Of a DNA stretch of 32,000 nucleotides, positions 9,801 to 15,700 are shown one piece after another. The notes under the pieces are model-generated. The model was given only the letters and a program-made list of their open reading frames with translations. It was not told the DNA's origin and did not search any database. Each line of letters starts with the position of its first letter. The stretch's first letter is position 1. The DNA is from Paenibacillus durus (GTDB lineage Bacteria; Bacillota; Bacilli; Paenibacillales; Paenibacillaceae), in assembly GCF_000756615.1 (NCBI RefSeq), contig NZ_CP009288.1, forward strand, positions 4,289,000 to 4,320,999, read 5' to 3'. The position numbers and the translations under genes are program-made.

Positions 9801-10010
9801 GAAGGAGAGCTGCATTCATCTGCTGTTCAATATGTAATAGGATCAGAACCTATTCCAAATATCGGGGGAATTATTGACAGCAAGCAATTTGATAAGTTTA
9901 AAGCCGTACATCCAGATGTAAAACCGTTAAAATACGGGCCAGAAATGAAGCGTCAGTGGAGAAAGACGTTAGATGAAGTCATTGTTCCTTTGAAGGATGA
10001 GTTGAGATAA
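6855..10010 (+). CDS. hsdR: type I restriction enzyme R subunit (HsdR), apparently intact
   Basis: 1051 aa. Helicase motif I is HATGSGKT and motif II is VVDECHRA. Length and N-terminal nuclease-region layout are typical of HsdR. AGAGGAAGAAAC precedes the ATG. Confidence 0.9.
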   Translation: MTKIPHNNEDEVERRLIGVLGEGHNQWNYRPDLKSEEDLWKNLRQKITQNNLSEIGDHTISDKEFDTIKTELLSKTQTPFDAARWLKGENGIARITIEREDVSLGSMSLVLYSNQDIGGGISTYEVVHQIAKQKVNVDDRDRRFDVTLLINGLPIVQIELKQISAKDGVFQAYNQIKKYAEEGMFRNNIFSTLQVFVISNEQTTRYFSNAMPKDMHKKFVFSWRTSDNRKVENLYEFVKQFLNIPDAHRLIANYTIVSEDQDNKALMVLQPYQIHAIEALFTSAMKHESGYVWHATGSGKTLTSFVSTKLLARKPGVDRTIMLIDRKDLDNQTTTEFTKFASEFNTGISSGKAKSNSLIVGTGSAKELSNTLLFDANSNTVIITTRQKLEAALRYAQRQEDRKGTQRFKKLLGQHIVFVVDECHRALSAEGMEEIKGFFPNSTWFGFTGTPIFNENKKQAKGQLARTTRDQYGEVLHTYTIKNALDDGAVLGFQVEHEDTIEPTSLNNYIFNQLRANGKYADFSDDEINDMIDQMDGVQKEAYLEPSFFERDEHIKKVIHKIFRPDNAYIKFDFQNGRPQKSAILTTKSIDMAKRYYQAIKEMTKDPEWLTKEFAGHPIRTGRTIEDPNFPRIAVTYSIQENEDNSKQIQDEMKEIIKDYNDYYNTAWSIEDIERYNGDINNRLARKKAEFKEFGKQIDLVIVVDRLLTGFDAPTIQTLFVDRNLSYANLIQAFSRTNRTYPGKIKGLIVTFRKPSTMEQNVEDATKLYSHAQEESNLVYPTYDESKKRFQKAHKTLKKLVPNPTDINEHSPLETRIEFVKVFQELNNAYEALVTYDDYNDEIEKSKVLQEQVKTLEEYFGVYNTVKGSLVVEGEDGPDPNFSDIEFYGENAVKIYDIDSTYIDRLLETYSANNQNIRDEIEIALQKLKKSEIVKEVYRAILNAIDAKEINSEEDTFVVKRRFFTESYNKAIGEFAKAWFVDEGELHSSAVQYVIGSEPIPNIGGIIDSKQFDKFKAVHPDVKPLKYGPEMKRQWRKTLDEVIVPLKDELR

Positions 10011-10023
10011 AATCGTTTTGAAA

Positions 10024-10838
10024 TTAATGTTTTTCTTTAAAAGGAGTCAGAGTCGCAGAAATGAACGGGCATGCGCCGCGTGCTCCTTGAAGGTCAAAAT
10101 TCTGAACCTTCCCATAGATGTCCAGTTCGCACGCCCAGATACGTTCTCCAACTTCGTTATACATCTCCACAGGCGTACCGATGTGGTCTGTAACGATGCT
10201 GTACTGGCCATCGGTTGTTAGTTTCGCTGCCGGGCTAAACGTTCCGTCTTCAAACACCCATTTAGTGAGTGATTGCGGATCTTCTTTCCACTCATGCAGA
10301 ATCGTATTTCCATCCCACACAAAGCTTGTCTTGACCCCATCATACACTTTTTCAATCAGTCTTCCAAGCGGGTCATACGTGAACGTTACTTCTTTGCCGT
10401 CCGGTCGCACAACCCGGCTCATCATCCCGTTGCCGTAGTATTCGAAGCGCCAATGCGTGCCGTCCGGCTCGATTTTCTCAACCAGATTGCCTTCTTCGTC
10501 GTAACTGTAATGCGTTCCCTCGAATTCCAGAAGACGCCCGCCGGGACCATATGTCCGGTCGGTTTTGTGGCCGCTGCTGTACAAGTTGCCCACATCATCG
10601 GCCATGCGGAAGATCTTGCCGAAGGGATTCGTTGCCCCGATCAGATTACCGAAATCATCATAGTTGTACTGGGTTTTGTGTCCGGTCAGTTCGTTCACCA
10701 TCGACTTCAGACGGTAGTTGACGTTCCGTCCGTACCTTCTCCTGTGGCTTTCTCTTCCGCCTGTCTTCACGCTATACTGTTCAGGCCGTCCGGCTTCATC
10801 ATTCCGCCACTCGCTGATTACGCCGCCCGTAGTGAAAA
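10024..10838 (-). pseudogene. orphan rhs core fragment (YD repeats), 5'- and 3'-truncated
   Basis: It translates to ..TTGGVISEWRNDEAGRPEQYSV..NYRLKSMVNELTGHKTQYNYDDFGNLIGATNPFGKIFRMADDVGNLYSSGH..WVFEDGTFSPAAK..TDHIGTPVEMYNEVGERIWACELDIYGKVQN..CPF. This is colinear with main Rhs residues ~1437-1730. It begins directly after a terminator, has no SD, and its homology ends at 10063. Confidence 0.85.
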
Positions 10839-10877
10839 AAAACAGGTCTACTTCATGCTTTCACATAAAGTAGACCT
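10835..10877 (-). terminator. strong rho-independent terminator
   Basis: Minus strand reads AGGTCTACTT-(14-nt loop)-AAGTAGACCT followed by G and T8 (10835-10842). It lies downstream of the DUF1963-like gene. Confidence 0.8.
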
Positions 10878-10931
10878 TCATAAATTTTAACTAATACGGG
10901 TACATTGAAATTTCTGGATTATGCTGAAGAG

Positions 10932-11516
10932 TCACGAAAGTTGCCAAAATCCTGCAATCGGATTTTGAATCTCATTATCCATTATTTGGGTGAATTTATA
11001 CAAAGCTCCAAAACCAAAAAGCAAATTTCCTTTAACAAAATTTCTCGGATAACCATCTTCATCTACCTGAAACATAAATGCAAATGAGTCTTCCGTTAAC
11101 TTCGAAAAATAATAGTCCTCATCTTGAATTAGCCTCGGAGTGCCACCAATTTTAATCAAAAAAGATTGCTTTATAGATTTCTTGTCATTGATTATTTCCC
11201 CGCCTGTAATTGAATGCTTTTTAAGTCTTGGGTGTGTAAAAATATCTTTGGTGCTTTCTGCTTTGATTGGGTGATCAAATACCTGTATCGAACAATTGGG
11301 ATAAATATTTTTTTCTAAATACTCTTTAAAATCATTTGGAATGAAAATGCAAATCATACGATCATGTTGAAAAGGGTTAACTAAACTTAAATAAAAATAA
11401 TGTTTGTTACCATTTTTGTTTACCAATTCGACCTTATCGTCAAAGAACAATGGCGCTCTTCCGCCTATCCAACTTGTGCAAGTTTCAATAGGCAGCTTGC
11501 TTGAAAAACCATACAC
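10932..11516 (-). CDS. DUF1963/YwqG-like protein (putative orphan immunity protein)
   Basis: 194 aa, AT-rich. The pattern ..WIGGRAPLFFDD..YFYLSL..GGTPRLIQDEDYYF..FAFMFQVDEDGYP.. resembles the two GG-x-P blocks of the YwqG/DUF1963 family, which occurs in polymorphic-toxin loci. GTG start. Confidence 0.45.
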   Translation of the reverse strand: MYGFSSKLPIETCTSWIGGRAPLFFDDKVELVNKNGNKHYFYLSLVNPFQHDRMICIFIPNDFKEYLEKNIYPNCSIQVFDHPIKAESTKDIFTHPRLKKHSITGGEIINDKKSIKQSFLIKIGGTPRLIQDEDYYFSKLTEDSFAFMFQVDEDGYPRNFVKGNLLFGFGALYKFTQIMDNEIQNPIAGFWQLS

Positions 11517-11745
11517 TGAGTTCTTTCTTCGAAAATTTTCTTGAAATTTTAATCTTCAGGTGATTGTCTAGGTAATGATGAATAAAATGAATATCATGGA
11601 TCTCTAAGAATTTATTTACATATTGCTTCCATAAGGAATACTCGACACCATTGAGAAAACGTTTACAGTAGTTCGAGATAAGGTCTTCAGTAGATACTTT
11701 AAAACGAGGCGATTTAAAAAAGACTCTTGTTATTTTCTTGTACAT
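11485..11745 (-). CDS. hypothetical small protein
   Basis: MYKKITRVFFKSPRFKV.. preceded by GGAGGG. It overlaps the next ORF by 32 nt in a different frame. No recognisable motif. Confidence 0.3.
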   Translation of the reverse strand: MYKKITRVFFKSPRFKVSTEDLISNYCKRFLNGVEYSLWKQYVNKFLEIHDIHFIHHYLDNHLKIKISRKFSKKELSVWFFKQAAY

Positions 11746-11885
11746 AAACCCTCCATAAATAGTCAAAAGATCAGATACACTTAAAGCATAGAACAAGCTA
11801 TAAACAAATTAAGCCCTTTTATATCCAAGAGAATGTTTGCCTAGGCCTTCCTTTTCGTATTTCACAAGCCTTTTTGGCTTGTCAT

Positions 11886-12005
11886 TTATTTTTCTGACTT
11901 TTTTGTGTGTTCTTTACCTAAAATATCTTGAACATCGGAAGGAGACATAGAAAATTTTATTTCACCTAAACCAACCTTTGGATATATTCTTAGTTTTTGT
12001 GTCAT
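11886..12005 (-). pseudogene. remnant of an immunity-type gene
   Basis: MTQKLRIYPKVGLGEIKFSMSPSDVQDILGKEHTKKSEK* stops early. A neighbouring frame continues ..VKYEKEGLGKHSLGYKRA*, which suggests frameshift decay. Confidence 0.3.
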
Positions 12006-12190
12006 CCTTAATCTCACTCTCATTCTCTGAAACGAGTAGTTGCTAAAATAGTTGTTCCGGCAAAAGGTTGTCAAGAATATTAACAAACCCTTTCGCCGGA
12101 CAAAACTTCATTTTCCTGCACTCCAAGGGCTATTGCTACTCTTTAGCATGGAAACGATTTAGATGACACTGAAAGAACCCATTTTACTAA

Positions 12191-12769
12191 TTACATATCA
12201 GCTACATTAAAATTATATATCTCATCTTCTCGTGGATCATTTAAGCCATCAAATTCATTAGTTTCAACAAGCGAGAATGAAAATCCATAGTTTGCATTAG
12301 GATATTCTAATTCCTGTTTACGAGCGTATCCCGAAATTTTAAGAAAATATTTTCCGTTTTTAAAGTTGTATCTAAATCCATAATATAAAGGCTCTCCATC
12401 AAAGGTTTCAGATTTAATTACATCCTCGTTAAATCTTTCCTTATTAAAATCCAGAAACACTCCTAAACCCGCTATCCACAGGTAATCTTTGATTTGTATA
12501 TTGAAATCTACATGCTCAAAAACTTTTTTCCACTCATCATTAAAAAACTCTCCATTGTTCTCCAATTTTATTGAATACTTTATTGCATTTATAGGCACAA
12601 AAGGAATCCAAGCACCCTCTCTAAGAGACTGTAAATAACGATCATGATTATCTTGAAAGTTTTTTAACACCTTTTTTGTTCTCACTTTTTCTTTCTTCAA
12701 AAACTCATGAAGAACATCAAGAGAAAATACACTAACCCCATAGCTTGTGGCTGTTAAAACTTTATCCAT
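12191..12769 (-). CDS. putative cognate immunity protein of the Rhs C-terminal toxin
   Basis: 192 aa. It starts 13 nt after the rhs stop, preceded by GGAGCTGGGG, and is AT-rich like the toxin tip. It is homologous to 2958-3470, which follows the homologous orphan toxin. Confidence 0.6.
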   Translation of the reverse strand: MDKVLTATSYGVSVFSLDVLHEFLKKEKVRTKKVLKNFQDNHDRYLQSLREGAWIPFVPINAIKYSIKLENNGEFFNDEWKKVFEHVDFNIQIKDYLWIAGLGVFLDFNKERFNEDVIKSETFDGEPLYYGFRYNFKNGKYFLKISGYARKQELEYPNANYGFSFSLVETNEFDGLNDPREDEIYNFNVADM

Positions 12770-12781
12770 TACCCCAGCTCC

Positions 12782-15700
12782 TTATTTTTTTCTGCAAGGA
12801 ATTGTTCCTTGTGCGTTCAGTTCCTTTAACTTTTTTAATGCTTCTGAAGGAGTTAAGTTCATAAACAAATGGTTATCTGTAAATGGAATTTTCATAAATC
12901 CTTTAACATCAATATCTGTATATGCCTTCATTGCTTTGTCAAAAAATTCATCAGCGGTTCCCGTAAATTTGGAACCATGGAATGGAACACCTGCATCAAT
13001 AAGATTTCTGTGCAATTGTTTATGGATATCTGCTGTTCCAATTCCCTTGTTCGGATACCATGCAATTGAATCAATTTGACTCAATTCAGAAATACCTAAA
13101 GTCTTCGCTATAGATCTTGGCATTAAATGATGGCCCATTCCAGTATCTAATAAATCAGAGTAAAGGCCAAATACATCAACATTTCGATTCGGATCTCCCA
13201 CATACCCATACAACGTAGGGTTATTCCCCGCCAGCCCTATCGGGTCCTGCTGTGTATAAATCCCCTCATGCGGCGAGTAATAGCGGAAACGGTTGTAGTA
13301 AAGACCTGTTTCCTCGTCTTCGTATTGACCTGAGTAACGGAACGGACAATCGGATCTTTTGCCCTGGAGATAAATATTTTGGACGTTGCCGTAAATGTCC
13401 AGTTCGCAAGACCATACGCGTTCCCCGTGTTCATTATACATCTCTACCGGGGTGCCCAGGTGGTCGGTGATGATGCTGTACGTACCAGTGGCCGTAATTT
13501 TGGCGGCCGGGCGGAAGGTTCCGTCTTCAAACACCCAGGTCGTCAAAGTGGCAGGGTCAGGTTCTTGTGCAGCAACGGGATGAGATAGCAGGTGTCTAAA
13601 TTTTTCTGCCGCTCCTTGAGGGGCAGCTAAGCCAGATTCAGGCTTTCTATCATGCTCGTCCTGCTTGCTCTCCGCTGTCCATTCATGCAAAATTTGGTTC
13701 CCGTCCCACATATAACAGTATACTACGCCGTTGAAGTGCTTCTCAATCCGGCGTCCTAGACTGTCATAGGTGAACACCACTTCCTGGCCGTCCGGACGTA
13801 CGACCTTGCTCATCATACCGTTGCCGTAATACTCATAGCGCCAACGGCTGCCGTCTTTCTCCAGCTTTTCGATCAGTTGGCCTTCTTCATCATAGCTGTA
13901 TTTCGTTCCTTGGAATTCGAGCAATCGCCCGCCTGCGCCGTATTTTCGGTCTGTGCGATGACCGCTGCTGTACAGGTTCCCGACATCGTCCGCCATGCGG
14001 AAGATTTTATCGAACTCGTTGCTGGCCCCGATCAAGGTGCCGAAATCGTCATAGTTATAGCGGATTGCCTTACCTGTCAGTTCGTTCGTCAGCGATTTCA
14101 GGCGGTAATTGATATCCCAAGCGTACTTTCTTTTCCGGCTTACGTGGCCGCCGCTGCTCACACTGTGCCGTTCCGGTCTTCCGATGATATCGTATTGCCA
14201 TTTACTTACTACACCGCCAGGGAGCAGTCTTTCGATTTCTTGTCCCAGCTTGTTATAGGTCATTTGCGCAGTCCATGGCATGCTCGTTGCAGTTGGGGAC
14301 GTGCCGTGCCCAGTCTGCTCTAGCTCCTGTACTTTTTGCTCCGCCTGCAACTGGCTAATCTGACCCAACATATCCCGGTCCATCTTGATGTGTGCGCCCA
14401 GGCTGCTGCTTACTTCCGTCCGGTTGCCGAGTTCATCATACTTGCTGGCGATCCAATATTTGTCCCGCCATTCCTGGATCAGACGGCCGGTTGCATCATA
14501 CTCCAGCTTGACCGTGGCAAACGGATTGGTGGTCTCCAGCAAAGCCCCGATCCGGTTGTACTTGTACGTTTCGATCAGACCGTCGCTGTAAGCCGTTTGC
14601 GCTATGCGGCCCATTTCGTCGTAACTGAACGCCGTCCACCGGCCGGCGGAGCGCTCCACCCTTTCCAGCAATCCGCCAGAGCTGCGTACATATTGTCTGA
14701 CGATGCCGTCAAACCCAGTTTCCCGAACAATTTTACTGTTGGCGTCACGTTCCAGCGCATACCGCTCCCCATGCTCGTTGATGACTGCCGTCAGCTCTTC
14801 CTCGTTGTTATATACCAGCTCAACCCGCTTTCCTTTTGCTTCGCGCCAGGTCATTTGCCCGAGCGGGGTATATCCGAATGTGACGCGCTGCTTGGAATCC
14901 TCCGCGGCGATGACTTCTTCGTACGCATTATATTGCAGCTTGATCACGTTGCCATCCGGCAGTTCGGCCCGAACCACCCGGCCCAAAGCATCGTAGGTAA
15001 AATACTGTTTTGCGCCCAGTGGGCTCGTCGTTTGCAAACATTCTCCCCGGTGATTGTAGCTCCACTCGGCACTCGTTCCGTCCGGCAGCGTCATCCGGGT
15101 TAAATTATAGTGATCGTCATACGCCAGCATCGTCGCTGCGTCCTGCGGGTTTCGCACCTCGCAAATCCGGTGGCGTTCATCGTACACAAACGTTGCCGCG
15201 GTCCCATCCGCGCTGGCGACCCTGTTTAATCTCCCCTGTTCATCATAATCCCAGGATTGGCTCCCGCCTTCCGGGTCGATTACTTGCAGCAGTTGCCCCT
15301 GCTCGCTGTACATGTACTGCCAGCTGCTGCCGTCCGGCTGGATCGTCTGCACCAACTGGCCCTGCTCGTCATACACATACTGCGTCAATCGGCCATCCTC
15401 GTCCGTTTCGCTCAAAAGGTCGGCCGTATCGCTATAGGTATATTCGTATCTGCCGCCTAGCGGGTTGATGATTGCTGTACAGTAATACTCCGGCGTATAT
15501 TCATACTTTGTCGTATGTCCCTGACTGTTCGTCACCTCATTGTATCCGTCAAAATAAGCGATTCGCCCTTCCAACAGCCCGTCTTCGCCCCATGTATGCA
15601 CGCAGCGCGCTCCCGTGGTTGGGCCGTCATAGCGCCAGTAGAAGCTATACCCGTTGCGGTCCTTTTTCTCGGTCATCAGATGCTGGTCATAGGTTTGATA

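Larger units (their letters stand above)
4909..10062 (+). other. ~5.1-kb AT-rich insertion (degraded type I R-M island) splitting an orphan rhs cassette
   Basis: Right junction: the orphan Rhs reading frame matches the main Rhs up to ..CPF (10063) and then diverges (ISATLTPFKEKH*). Left junction: the toxin-tail frame opens at 4908, next to a plus-strand terminator (4917-4945) that serves no local gene. All genes inside the block are on the opposite strand to the surrounding array. Confidence 0.6.

Noticed and set aside
10932-11796. The idea that ORFs 11485-11796 and 10932-11516 are one frameshifted DUF1963 gene.
   Set aside because: The 194-aa product already seems to contain both GG-x-P blocks of the domain, starting near its N-terminus. 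The upstream ORF shows no DUF1963-like motif, so I left them as separate calls with low confidence.
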